Assembly: GCA_937898755.1 (NCBI GenBank)
Contig: CALEJU010000036.1
Location: forward strand, 5,859 to 69,858
Length of the DNA stretch: 64,000 bases
Direction of reading: 5' to 3'
From: an uncultured Acidobacteriota bacterium
Lineage (GTDB): Bacteria > Acidobacteriota > Terriglobia > Terriglobales > SCQP01
Shown here: in pieces, positions 1 through 8,969 of the stretch
How the letters are laid out: each line of letters begins with the position of its first letter
Position numbering within the stretch: position 1 is the stretch's first letter
The notes under the pieces: generated by a model
Told to the model about the DNA's origin: nothing
The model's database searches: none
What the model saw: only the letters and a program-made list of their open reading frames with translations
Translations under genes and position numbers: made by a program

Positions 1-1071
1 GTTACCCGGCCAGCGGTAAGCCTGCAGGACGGCGTGGGCCTCCGCGTTCAGTTCCCGACACTTGCGTCCGTACGCGGTGGCGAACTCCTGCAGAAAATGG
101 GGGGCCAGATCGCCGAGGTCCTCGGGACGCTCGCGCAGCGGCGGGACCACGAACGGGATGACATTGAGGCGATAGAAAAGATCCTCGCGGAAATTGCCCC
201 GTGCGATCTCCTCGTCGAGGTTCTTATTGGTGGCCGCAATAATGCGGACATCCACGCTGAGGCTGGTTTCCGAGCCGAGAGGGTGAAAGCGCCCCTCGTC
301 GAGGGCGCGCAGCACCTTGGCCTGGGTGCGCAGGCTCATATCCCCAACTTCGTCGAGAAACAACGTGCCGCCGTCGGCACGTCCGAAACGGCCGACCTTG
401 GCCTCGGCGGCGCCGGCAAAAGCGCCGCGCGCATGACCGAAAAGCTCGCTCTCGATCAGTTCCTCCGGAATCGCGGCGCAATTAACCTCGACAAAGGGGC
501 CTTCGCGGCGTTCGCTCTGAGCATGCAGGGCGCGCGCCACCAGCTCCTTGCCGGTTCCGCTTTCGCCGTAAATCAACACGCGGCCCTGGGTGGGGGCCAT
601 GATGGTGATCTGTTGCCGCAGGGCGCGCATCGGAACGCTGTTACCCACCAGGGTCGCGCCCCTGACGAACTGGCGCTTCAACTCACGGTTTTCCAGCTCC
701 AGACGACGCTGATCGAGAGCGTGTCGCACCGTCAACAGTGTCTTGTCGATGCTGAGGGGCTTCTCCAAAAAATCGAACGCACCGAGTTTGGTGGCCCGCA
801 CGGCGGTTTCGATCGAGCCGTGGCCGCTGATCATCACGACCGCCGGCGCGGCCGCGTGGTTGCGCAGCTCGGCGATGAGATCTAGACCATCGCCATCCGG
901 CAACCAGACATCCAGCAGCACCAGGTCGAAGCTCTCGCCTTGCAGCGCGGCCCGGCAGGCCGCCATGTCCGCCGCGCGCGTGACACGGTAGCCCTCATCC
1001 TCCAGCACGCCGGATAGAGACTGCCGGATGCCTTGTTCGTCATCTACGATTAACAGGTGCGGCTTGCTCAT
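1..1071 (-). CDS. sigma-54-dependent two-component response regulator (NtrC/NtrX family); C-terminal end cut by the window edge
   Basis: Absent from the ORF track because it has no stop inside the window. My translation of the minus strand from the ATG at 1071..1069 gives MSKPHLLIVDDEQGIRQSLSGVLEDEGYRV... (receiver domain). It continues with GESGTGKELVARALH (AAA+ Walker A), GHARGAFAGA (GAFTGA-type loop) and ends ...AYRWPGN at base 1, the start of the WPGNVREL motif. All 357 codons are open. It lies 95 nt downstream of the kinase gene on the same strand. Confidence 0.85.
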   Translation of the reverse strand, partial: MSKPHLLIVDDEQGIRQSLSGVLEDEGYRVTRAADMAACRAALQGESFDLVLLDVWLPDGDGLDLIAELRNHAAAPAVVMISGHGSIETAVRATKLGAFDFLEKPLSIDKTLLTVRHALDQRRLELENRELKRQFVRGATLVGNSVPMRALRQQITIMAPTQGRVLIYGESGTGKELVARALHAQSERREGPFVEVNCAAIPEELIESELFGHARGAFAGAAEAKVGRFGRADGGTLFLDEVGDMSLRTQAKVLRALDEGRFHPLGSETSLSVDVRIIAATNKNLDEEIARGNFREDLFYRLNVIPFVVPPLRERPEDLGDLAPHFLQEFATAYGRKCRELNAEAHAVLQAYRWPGN

Positions 1072-1166
1072 GGGGCGGCCCGTAACGCTCTCCCACTGTA
1101 GCCGATCCCCTCTCCGATACGACAGCGGGCAGCGGCAGGACGAGTTCCAGCCGCGTTATCCCGCGT

Positions 1167-3506
1167 TCAAGCACGGTTTGGCTCGGTAGATGCACGAGCT
1201 TCGCCGCCGCCGGCCTCGACCACTGGCAATTCGATGATGAACCGCGTGCCCGCAGGATCGTTTTCTTCCACCCGGATGCTTCCCCCGTGCTCTTCCACAA
1301 TGCGCGCCACAATCGCCAACCCCAGCCCGGTGCCGCGCCCCTTGCTGGAGACGTAGGGAAGGAACAATCGCTCCTTGTCTCCCGGCAGGATGCCATGCCC
1401 GGTGTCGGCGACCATCGCCTCGACGCCATGTTCATTGCTGCTCGTCGTGATCAGAATGTCGCGATAGGGGACGCTGTGCACGGCCTCGGCGGCGTTATCA
1501 ATCAAATTGACAAACACGCGCTTCATCCCCTCCGCGTCGAGAAGCATTGGGGGCAGCGTTCCGAGTTCAGTGCGGATCTGGGTGCCTTCCAGCCGCCCCT
1601 CGAATACGCGCAAGGCGCCGGAGATGACCTCGTTGAGACTGCAGGTGACCGGGTGCGGCGCCGGAAAACGAGCAAAGGCGCTGAACTCTCCCACCAGATG
1701 TTGCAAAGAGGCGATCTCACTGGCGATTAGCGCCGTGCATTCGGCGATGATGCGGCGGGTCTCATGCCGATGAGCGGTCCCGTCGCCTCCGATGTCGTTC
1801 GCTTCCTCCCCTGCCAGACGCCTCTGAATGCGTTGCGCGGAAAGCGCGATCGGGGTGAGTGGGTTCCGGATTTCATGGGCGATGCGTTGTGCCACCTCGC
1901 GCCATGCCGCCGCTCGCTGCATCTGCAACAGGTCGGTGAGGTCCTCCAGCACCAGGACGAAGCCGGCGTGTGGGGGGCGCCGCAACCGCGCCAGCGGTGC
2001 TGTTTCAACTTCGGTGGCAGGCAACGAGACCGGCGCCACCGTGGCCGCCACTGTCATTCGTCCCCCGTGTTGGTCCCGAATTTCGAGCTGCCCAGCCACT
2101 ACGCCCAGCCGTTCTGCTTTTCGAAGCAGGTGTTGCAGCTCCTGGCGACTGTCCGCCTCGAAGAGATCCTCCAACTGTCGGGCCTGCTGCACGCGCGGCC
2201 CCAGCAGCCGCTCCAGCGCCGGATTGGTGCGCGTGATCTGCAGCCCGCGATCCAGCGAGATGACGCCCGACGGAATGCTCTCCAACAAGGTTTCCGTGTA
2301 ACGGCGGCGCCGCTCCAATTCCACATTGGCACCCTGTAGCTCGTAGCGCGAAGCCTCCAGCTGGGCACGATTGCTCTCCAATTCGCCCACCATGAGATTG
2401 AAAGACGTGATCAGTGCGCCCAACTCGTCTGGCGCGCGGACACGGATGCGGTGACGGAGATTGCCTTGGGCAATCTCCTGGGTTGCCACCGCCAACGCCT
2501 GAATGGGAAGCGTGATCAGTTTGGAGAGGAACAGCGCAATCCATGTGGCGGCAAACAATATCGCAATGGTGACCAGCACCAGGTAACTCGTATACAGGCG
2601 TCGCAGCGAACGCCGTTCTCGGTCCAACTGGTTGTATTCGTCCGCGTCCAGACGCAACTGGGCCACCTTGGCGGCAATCGGTGCTGGAATGGGGACGCCT
2701 ACCACCAACTGTCCGGAGAGCCCGCCCTCTCCGTTCGGCGCCAGGGGTTCCCGGACGACGCGATAGGTGAGGGGGGGAAACTCCAGCGGCCCGCCATGCG
2801 CCGGAACGGCGGTAAGACGACGTTGCAGCTCGCTGTCGGGCACCGGAGCGTTGGCGCTGGCCGCCACCGAGCCGTCCGGCGTCACGACCGCGGCAAACCC
2901 GCCATAAACCGCGATATGGCCGGAATCCAGCAGCACCTTGAGGGCCCCGGCATCGTGCTCGACGAGGCGTGCCGCCAGGGGCAGTTGTTGTAGCGCGCTA
3001 GCTTCCACGAGCGCAGCGTTCTCGACCTGACGCTCAAGCAAAGCGGAGATCTCCAGAGTGTCGTCCCGCACCCGTTCCACTGGCCTGCTGAACCATTTCT
3101 CCAGGGTGTGGTTCATCAAACCGTAGGTGAAGGCGAACATGCAGACCACGGGAATTAGACTGAGCCCCAAGGCGCCGGCCACCAGCCGTGTCTTGAACTT
3201 GGATCCCAGCAGATTGGCTCGGCGTTCACCTTGCAACTTCAGCAACTGTCGTACGAGGACAATGGTCAGCGTCAAAGTTGAAATAAAACTCAACGTCGAG
3301 AGCAGGAACAGCAACCAGGTGGTCTCAATATTGGGGCGCTGCAACCGCAGGTCAAAGGCTTGCGGAATAAACAGGAATGCCAGAAACACGAGCAGGAAGC
3401 TGGAGATGATCAGGACACGTCGCCGCCGTACGGGCGAAGCACGCCCGGTACCAGCGTCTGGATTCGAATCGGGAGAAGGCGGGAGCATACTTCTGGCTGC
3501 CGTCAT
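1167..3506 (-). CDS. membrane sensor histidine kinase, NtrY-like architecture (TM segments, HAMP, PAS, HisKA, HATPase)
   Basis: 779-aa ORF with N-terminal hydrophobic segments (VLIISSFLLVFLAFLFI, LGLSLIPVVCMFAFTY, LVLVTIAILFAATWIALFL). It has a HAMP-like LPIQALAVATQEIAQGNLRHRIRV..DELGALITSFNLM, the H-box AHEIRNPLTPI, and N/G boxes NLIDNAAEA, DTGHGI, GTGLGLAIV. It is paired with the downstream sigma-54 regulator. Confidence 0.8.
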   Translation of the reverse strand: MTAARSMLPPSPDSNPDAGTGRASPVRRRRVLIISSFLLVFLAFLFIPQAFDLRLQRPNIETTWLLFLLSTLSFISTLTLTIVLVRQLLKLQGERRANLLGSKFKTRLVAGALGLSLIPVVCMFAFTYGLMNHTLEKWFSRPVERVRDDTLEISALLERQVENAALVEASALQQLPLAARLVEHDAGALKVLLDSGHIAVYGGFAAVVTPDGSVAASANAPVPDSELQRRLTAVPAHGGPLEFPPLTYRVVREPLAPNGEGGLSGQLVVGVPIPAPIAAKVAQLRLDADEYNQLDRERRSLRRLYTSYLVLVTIAILFAATWIALFLSKLITLPIQALAVATQEIAQGNLRHRIRVRAPDELGALITSFNLMVGELESNRAQLEASRYELQGANVELERRRRYTETLLESIPSGVISLDRGLQITRTNPALERLLGPRVQQARQLEDLFEADSRQELQHLLRKAERLGVVAGQLEIRDQHGGRMTVAATVAPVSLPATEVETAPLARLRRPPHAGFVLVLEDLTDLLQMQRAAAWREVAQRIAHEIRNPLTPIALSAQRIQRRLAGEEANDIGGDGTAHRHETRRIIAECTALIASEIASLQHLVGEFSAFARFPAPHPVTCSLNEVISGALRVFEGRLEGTQIRTELGTLPPMLLDAEGMKRVFVNLIDNAAEAVHSVPYRDILITTSSNEHGVEAMVADTGHGILPGDKERLFLPYVSSKGRGTGLGLAIVARIVEEHGGSIRVEENDPAGTRFIIELPVVEAGGGEARASTEPNRA

Positions 3507-3588
3507 TCTAACGGTTGTCGTCCGTGGAAGCGTAAGTCACGGAAAGGAAACCCCTTGCCGGGTTTGTTGCCACCGTCCGGTATACTGA

Positions 3589-3620
3589 GAAGTCCCGACC
3601 GACCGGTCGTTCGGGACTTC
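3589..3620. promoter_or_regulatory. 32-bp near-perfect palindrome (GAAGTCCCGACCGACC|GGTCGTTCGGGACTTC) in the divergent kinase/aspartokinase intergenic region
   Basis: Read directly: 3589..3598 (gaagtcccga) is the reverse complement of 3611..3620 (tcgggacttc). Overall 15 of 16 half-site positions match. It lies 33 nt upstream of the aspartokinase ATG and just downstream of a TATACT hexamer at 3581..3586. It could be an operator or a 5' UTR hairpin; the function is unknown. Confidence 0.35.
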
Positions 3621-3652
3621 TCGCGAGCGAAAGCGAATCGGTCCTGATCCAG

Positions 3653-5092
3653 ATGACGGGCACGCGCAATCTCCTGATCATGAAGTTTGGCGGCACCTCG
3701 GTGGGAACCGCGGAGCGCATACGCCAGGCTGCGCGGCTAGTGGAACGGGAAGCGAGACGCCGCCCCGTCGTGGTGGTGGTGTCAGCCATGGCGGGCGTGA
3801 CCGATCTGCTGCTGAGGGCGGTGGAGGCGGCACGGGCGCAGGACGATGCCGCGCTCGAAGCGGCGTTGAGTTCCATTGAGAACCGTCACGAAGCCACGCT
3901 GGGCGAGTTGCTCGCCGAACCGTTACGGACCGCCGTGGGCAGGGAAGTGCGGGCAGTGTTACAACAGTTCCGCAGTTTCTGCGCCGCGCTGCGCATGTTG
4001 CGCTCGGTGACCCCGCAGGCCGTGGACGTAGTCCTGCCGATGGGAGAACGCATGGCGGCGTTTCTGCTGGCCGCGGAATTACAGCAACGGGGTGTCGCAG
4101 CCGAGGCCGTGGACGCCGCCCGCGTCCTGGTGACCGACGAGCGTTTCGGAGACGCCAACCCTTTGATGGATGCAACCCGGGCACGTGCGGGTGAAGTTCT
4201 GGCGCCCCTGTTTGCAGCCGCCACCGTGCCGGTAGTCACCGGATTTGGGGGGGCAACGTTGGCAGGCCAGCCCACGACGCTTGGGCGCGGCGGGTCCGAC
4301 TCCTCAGCAACGATCTTGGGTGCGGCGCTCGACGCTTCCGAGATTTGGATCTGGACCGATGTTGATGGCGTTCTCACCGCCGACCCGCGGCTTTGCCCCC
4401 ACGCGCACACGCTCGAAACGGTGACCTTTGCGGAAGCGATTGAGCTCTCGTATTACGGCGCCAAGGTGATTCATCACAAGGCCATTCGACCGGTCGTGGC
4501 GCCGGGTATTCCGGTATGGATCAAGAACTCGTTTCGACCGGAAGTACCCGGGACGCGGATTCATGGGCAGACGCCGCGTACGCCGGCGAGCTCACCGGTG
4601 CGCGCCGTCACTGTCGTACAGCCCGCCAGCCTGCTGACTCTGACCACCCGGGCCGACACCCATTTTGCGGAACTCTTCGGACGACTGTTTCTGCGCCTCG
4701 GACACGACAATGTTGACGTCTTGTTTTCCACACAGTCGTCCTCGGAAAACTCACTGGGCTTGGTCCTTCGGCAGGCGGACCACGACCGGGTGTTGGCGGC
4801 TATTCAGCGCCTCTTCCGCATGGAATTGAAACATGGTGCCTTGCGACCCATCAGCGTGCAAACCGAGATGGCAGTGGTGGCCGTGCTTGGTGAATCCATG
4901 AAGGGAACCTGCGGCATCCTGGGACGCCTGTTTTCCGCCGTTGCCGCTCGCGAGATCAGCGTCATCGCGGTGGCGCAGGGAGCCAGCGAGCTCAACATTT
5001 GCTTTGCGGTCCCGGCCCGGCAGGCTGCCGACGCCGTGCGTGCCGTGCATGACGCTTTTTGCATCGTCCCTGAGCTGCAAACGGTAAGCTGA
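3653..5092 (+). CDS. lysC: aspartate kinase (monofunctional, C-terminal ACT domains)
   Basis: 479 aa. The N-terminus LIMKFGGTSVGTAERI carries the KFGGTS signature. GRGGSDSSATILGA follows, and the C-terminal region is ACT-like (VAVLGESMKG...ISVIAVAQGASELNICFAV). Confidence 0.9.
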   Translation: MTGTRNLLIMKFGGTSVGTAERIRQAARLVEREARRRPVVVVVSAMAGVTDLLLRAVEAARAQDDAALEAALSSIENRHEATLGELLAEPLRTAVGREVRAVLQQFRSFCAALRMLRSVTPQAVDVVLPMGERMAAFLLAAELQQRGVAAEAVDAARVLVTDERFGDANPLMDATRARAGEVLAPLFAAATVPVVTGFGGATLAGQPTTLGRGGSDSSATILGAALDASEIWIWTDVDGVLTADPRLCPHAHTLETVTFAEAIELSYYGAKVIHHKAIRPVVAPGIPVWIKNSFRPEVPGTRIHGQTPRTPASSPVRAVTVVQPASLLTLTTRADTHFAELFGRLFLRLGHDNVDVLFSTQSSSENSLGLVLRQADHDRVLAAIQRLFRMELKHGALRPISVQTEMAVVAVLGESMKGTCGILGRLFSAVAAREISVIAVAQGASELNICFAVPARQAADAVRAVHDAFCIVPELQTVS

Positions 5093-5119
5093 ACGTGTCC
5101 GCGTTCACGAACCCGGCAG

Positions 5120-6520
5120 TTGCCCTCGCGCCCGACTTGCGCTTTTCCCATGATCAATCCCCGCCCTGTTCCCCCGTCCCTGTCGGCCACTGTGGCTTAC
5201 ACGCTGCGCTGCGTTGGCTGTGGCGCGGCGCCGAGGGCGGCTGGCGGCGACTTTCGCTGTGAAACCTGTCGCGAGCTGTTCGAAGTGGTTTACCCCTGGA
5301 GTCCCGGCGGAAGGGTTCAACCCGGGCTGGGGGCGTCGTGGCGGGCGCTCTGGCTGTCACGCCGCCAGTCCAATCTGCCGCTGGATCAGAGCGGGGTCTG
5401 GCGTTTCCGAGAACTCCTCCCCGTTTTGGAGCGGCCGCTGGAAGCGGTCACGCTCCGAGAAGGGCAAACGCCCGTCTATGAGCTGCCGCGCAGTGCCGTC
5501 TATGCCGGCCTGGAGCAACTATGGGCGAAGCACCAGGGAATGAATCCCAGCGCCTCCTTCAAGGACACCGGCATGACTGTGGCTCTCTCGCGGGCGCGCG
5601 AAATGGGCTTTGCGTGGGTGGCGTGCGCCTCAACGGGCAACACCTCGGCGGCCATGGCCGCCTACGCAGCGCGGGCCGGCATGAACAGTCTGGTGTTGAT
5701 TCCCGACGGAAAGATCGCCTGGGGGAAGCTCGCCCAAGCCATCGACTACGGCGCTGTCACCTGCCAGCTACGGACCGACTTTGACGGCTGCGTCCGGGTC
5801 CTCAATCAGGTGATTACGCGCGCGCCGGTGTACCTGGTGAACTCGGTCAACCCGTTTCGGGTGGAAGGTCAAAAAACAGCCGCCGTCGAGCTTTTGGAGC
5901 AATGGAACTGGGAAGCGCCGGATCACATCGTCGTACCCGGTGGCAACCTCGCCAACGGAGCCGCTCTGGGTAAGGCGCTGCTGGAGCTGCGTGAGTTGGG
6001 CCTGATATCGCGGTTGCCGCGGATTTCGGTGATTCAGGCGGCGGGCGCGAATCCGCTGGTGCGAAGCCTGCGCGAAACCGGCGGGACGCGCCTGCAGCCC
6101 GTGCAAGCCGAAACGCTCGCCTCCGCGATCCGGATCGGCAATCCGGCTTCGTGGCGCAAGGCGGTGCAGGTGCTGACCGCGACCGAAGGTGCCTGCGAAG
6201 AGGTCTCCGAGACCGAAATCGCCGAGGCCAAGGCCATGATCGGCGCTGACGGCATCGGTTGCGAACCCGCCTCGGCGGCAACCTTGGCCGGCGTCGTGAA
6301 ACTGCGGGCCCGAGGGTGGATCAAACCCCGCGAACGCGTGGTGCTCATCTTGACCGGGCACTCCTTAAAGGATCCGGAATATACGCTTGGTTTTCACCGC
6401 GGCGAACTGCCTCCCGGGACCACCCCGAGCTTGGACCATGCGCGGCGCCCGCCACTCGCCTTGGATGCCGAGCCAGATGCCGTTTTGCGGGTGCTCGAAG
6501 CACGGCAGACGCGCCCGTGA
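5120..6520 (+). CDS. thrC: threonine synthase
   Basis: Contains SFKDTGMT (PLP-lysine motif) and CASTGNTSAAMAAYA. The N-terminus has a CxxC...CxxC zinc-ribbon-like segment (CVGCG..CETC). The track start at 5120 is a TTG; an in-frame ATG at 5150 is an equally plausible start. Confidence 0.9.
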   Translation: MPSRPTCAFPMINPRPVPPSLSATVAYTLRCVGCGAAPRAAGGDFRCETCRELFEVVYPWSPGGRVQPGLGASWRALWLSRRQSNLPLDQSGVWRFRELLPVLERPLEAVTLREGQTPVYELPRSAVYAGLEQLWAKHQGMNPSASFKDTGMTVALSRAREMGFAWVACASTGNTSAAMAAYAARAGMNSLVLIPDGKIAWGKLAQAIDYGAVTCQLRTDFDGCVRVLNQVITRAPVYLVNSVNPFRVEGQKTAAVELLEQWNWEAPDHIVVPGGNLANGAALGKALLELRELGLISRLPRISVIQAAGANPLVRSLRETGGTRLQPVQAETLASAIRIGNPASWRKAVQVLTATEGACEEVSETEIAEAKAMIGADGIGCEPASAATLAGVVKLRARGWIKPRERVVLILTGHSLKDPEYTLGFHRGELPPGTTPSLDHARRPPLALDAEPDAVLRVLEARQTRP

Positions 6521-6570
6521 GGGACAGCGACTTCGATCTGCCCCCCGCGAGCAAGGACGACGATACAGCG

Positions 6571-7566
6571 ATGGAAGCAGCCGACAAAGCCCGGAAGAAA
6601 GTGTTCGCGCCCACCCCAGCGGGCATGGAATTGACACTTCCCGCGACGTCGGCCAACCTTGGTCCCGCATTTGACGCGGCCGCGGTTGCCCTGGCCTTGC
6701 ACCTGCGCATTCGGGCGGTCGTGGCCGAGGAGTTCTCCATCGTGGCCCGCGGCAGGGATGCTGCGATCTGCGGTCGCCTGCCCAATCACCTCATTCTCGA
6801 TGTCTATCGGCAGGTCCTGGCCGAACAAGGACGCACCATCGTGCCGCTCGCCTTGGATCTAGACAACTGCATTCCCATCGGAAAGGGCTGTGGTTCATCG
6901 GCGGCGGCGCGGCTGGCAGGGGTGGCACTGGCGGCGCATTTCGGCGGGCTGGGTTGGTCGGCGGAGACCATCCTCGAGATGGGATGCCGCCTCGAAGGGC
7001 ATCCGGATAACGCGGCGGCGTGTTGGTGGGGTGGATTGATTGTGGCGCGGCAGTCGCATGCGCTGCAGGCCCCGTTGCAGGTGGTGCGTCTCAGTCAGGC
7101 GCCGGCCTGGCCGGTGCTGCTGGTCCTCCCGGAGCGGCCCTTGCCGACCTCGGAAGCGCGCCGCGTGCTACCTGCCAGCTACTCGCGAAGCGACGCCGTT
7201 TCCAACCTGCAAAATGCGCTGCTGTTTCTCGCCGCCTGGGTGGAGGGCCGTCCGGAGATGCTGGCGACCATTGAGGACCGGATGCACGAGCCCCAACGTG
7301 CCGCGCTGTGTCCGTTGCTGCCCGTGCTGCGGCCTTTGGCGGGCACGCCAGGAATTCTCGGCGTTTTTCTGAGTGGGGCGGGTCCCGGCGTTTTGCTCTG
7401 GCTGTCCGGAGAGCATTCCCAGTCCGAGCTGGCAGCGCGCGTCGTGTCCCATCTCGAACGCGCGGGATTGGAGGCCGAGCTGGTCTTTACGCGAGTGGAA
7501 ATGGAGGGTGGCGCCGGCCGACGTCCACTCGTGACACCGCTGACCGCAACGGGGAACCAAGAATGA
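6571..7566 (+). CDS. thrB: homoserine kinase (GHMP family)
   Basis: Contains LPATSANLGPAFD and IPIGKGCGSSAAARLAG (GHMP motif). The long track ORF (6259..) overlaps thrC, so I trimmed it to the ATG at 6571. The ATG at 6625 (MELTLPATSANLG) is an alternative. The stop overlaps the hom start in ATGA at 7563..7566. Confidence 0.85.
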   Translation: MEAADKARKKVFAPTPAGMELTLPATSANLGPAFDAAAVALALHLRIRAVVAEEFSIVARGRDAAICGRLPNHLILDVYRQVLAEQGRTIVPLALDLDNCIPIGKGCGSSAAARLAGVALAAHFGGLGWSAETILEMGCRLEGHPDNAAACWWGGLIVARQSHALQAPLQVVRLSQAPAWPVLLVLPERPLPTSEARRVLPASYSRSDAVSNLQNALLFLAAWVEGRPEMLATIEDRMHEPQRAALCPLLPVLRPLAGTPGILGVFLSGAGPGVLLWLSGEHSQSELAARVVSHLERAGLEAELVFTRVEMEGGAGRRPLVTPLTATGNQE

Positions 7567-8864
7567 AGACGCCACTACCGCCTATCCGCGTGGGCATAGT
7601 CGGGTTTGGAACCGTCGGACAGGCGACCGCCGCGATCTTGGCGGCCCACCAGGCGGAAATCGTGCAGCGCGTCGGTCGCGAGCTGGTGATCACCGCCGTT
7701 TGTCGCCGGCATTTTCCCCCGGGGATCATTCTGCCCAACGGCTCACGCCAGGTCACTGACTGGCAGGCGGTGGTCGCCGCCGCAGATGTGGACCTGGTGG
7801 TCGAGACCATGGGCGGTACGACGATCGCCCGCAGCGTGATTGCCAGCGCACTCCGCGCCGGCAAGCCGGTGATTACCGCCAACAAGAATCTTCTCGCCGA
7901 GCATGGCGATGAGCTGTTTGCCCTGGCGGTCCGTCATGGTCTGCCGCTCGGCTTCGAGGCCGCCGTCGCCGGGGGCGTACCGGTGATCCGGGCTGTCGCT
8001 GAAGGCGCCGCCGGAGACCGCTTACATCGCGTCTTCGGAATCTTAAACGGCACCGCCAACTTTATCCTCACGCGCATGCAGGAGACAGGGGAGGGCTTTG
8101 AATCGGCGCTGCGGGAAGCACAGAGCGCGGGCTACGCGGAGGCCGACCCCGCCTTCGACGTGGATGGCTTGGACGCCCGCGACAAGTTGGTCATCCTGGC
8201 GCGCATTGCCTTTGGAGGGCGCGTCGCACCGTCCGACGTCTCGACGGTCGGCATTCGAGCCATCCGCGCAGTGGATATTCATTACGCGCGGCGACTGGAG
8301 AGCACCATCCGTCTGATCGCTTCTGCCGCACGGGGACCTGCGGGCGTCGAGATTGCCGTGCGACCGTGGCTGGTTCCCCTGCGTTCCATGTTGGCGCGCG
8401 TCGAGGGCGTGAACAATGCCGTGTTTCTCGACGGCGAGAAGCTCGGGTTGCAGATGTTCTATGGACGCGGCGCAGGCGGCGACGCCACGGGTGTCGCAGT
8501 AGTCTCTGATCTCATCGAGCTGGCGTCCGATCTGGGTGCGGGAAATCTTGCGCCCAAACTGCTGGCAGGCTTTGGTGCAGGCGCGCCGCTGGTCATAAGC
8601 CCCATGCCCGAACCGGCCAGTTGGTACTTGCGCCTGACCGTGGCAGACCGCCCAGGTATTCTGGCTCATGTTGCAGAGGCCTTGGCGCAAGAGGATATCA
8701 ATATTGATTCCGTGATCCAGGAGCCGCACATGGCCAAGCAGGGTCTCTCCTTTGTGATCACGGTCGAGCCGGTTGCCGAACCGGTCGTGCAGCGTGCGAT
8801 ACACGTGATCAACCAGTGTCCCTTCATGCTGGAGCCCGTGCTCCTGTTGCGCATGGACGGGTAA
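7563..8864 (+). CDS. hom: homoserine dehydrogenase
   Basis: MKTPLPPIRVGIVGFGTVGQ is a Rossmann N-terminus. It also has GILNGTANFILTRM and AGYAEADPAFDVDG, plus a C-terminal ACT-like region. The track ORF 7308.. was trimmed to the ATG at 7563, which overlaps the thrB stop. Confidence 0.9.
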   Translation: MKTPLPPIRVGIVGFGTVGQATAAILAAHQAEIVQRVGRELVITAVCRRHFPPGIILPNGSRQVTDWQAVVAAADVDLVVETMGGTTIARSVIASALRAGKPVITANKNLLAEHGDELFALAVRHGLPLGFEAAVAGGVPVIRAVAEGAAGDRLHRVFGILNGTANFILTRMQETGEGFESALREAQSAGYAEADPAFDVDGLDARDKLVILARIAFGGRVAPSDVSTVGIRAIRAVDIHYARRLESTIRLIASAARGPAGVEIAVRPWLVPLRSMLARVEGVNNAVFLDGEKLGLQMFYGRGAGGDATGVAVVSDLIELASDLGAGNLAPKLLAGFGAGAPLVISPMPEPASWYLRLTVADRPGILAHVAEALAQEDINIDSVIQEPHMAKQGLSFVITVEPVAEPVVQRAIHVINQCPFMLEPVLLLRMDG

Positions 8865-8969
8865 GAAAATGACGCGCCGCCAAGGTGCGAAGGACGGGCC
8901 CTCTGTCTGGACGGGCCAATCCAAGGGGTCTCGGGTCTGCCGCAAGCCACGCAGGAGTACGCCGATTTT

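Noticed and set aside
34-885. 283-aa plus-strand ORF at the left edge
   Set aside because: It is antisense to a clearly recognisable sigma-54 response regulator (REC plus AAA+ motifs on the minus strand). Its composition is Ala/Arg/Gly-rich and it has no motifs, so it is a shadow ORF of high-GC DNA.
3581-3652. Possible riboswitch upstream of aspartokinase (CUGAGA ... CCUGAUCC resembles fragments of the TPP element; lysine riboswitch expected by analogy)
   Set aside because: The order of the elements is wrong for a TPP aptamer, where CUGAGA should follow the P3 hairpin. The 146-nt region is also too short and lacks the conserved L-box segments. The resemblance is limited to two short strings.
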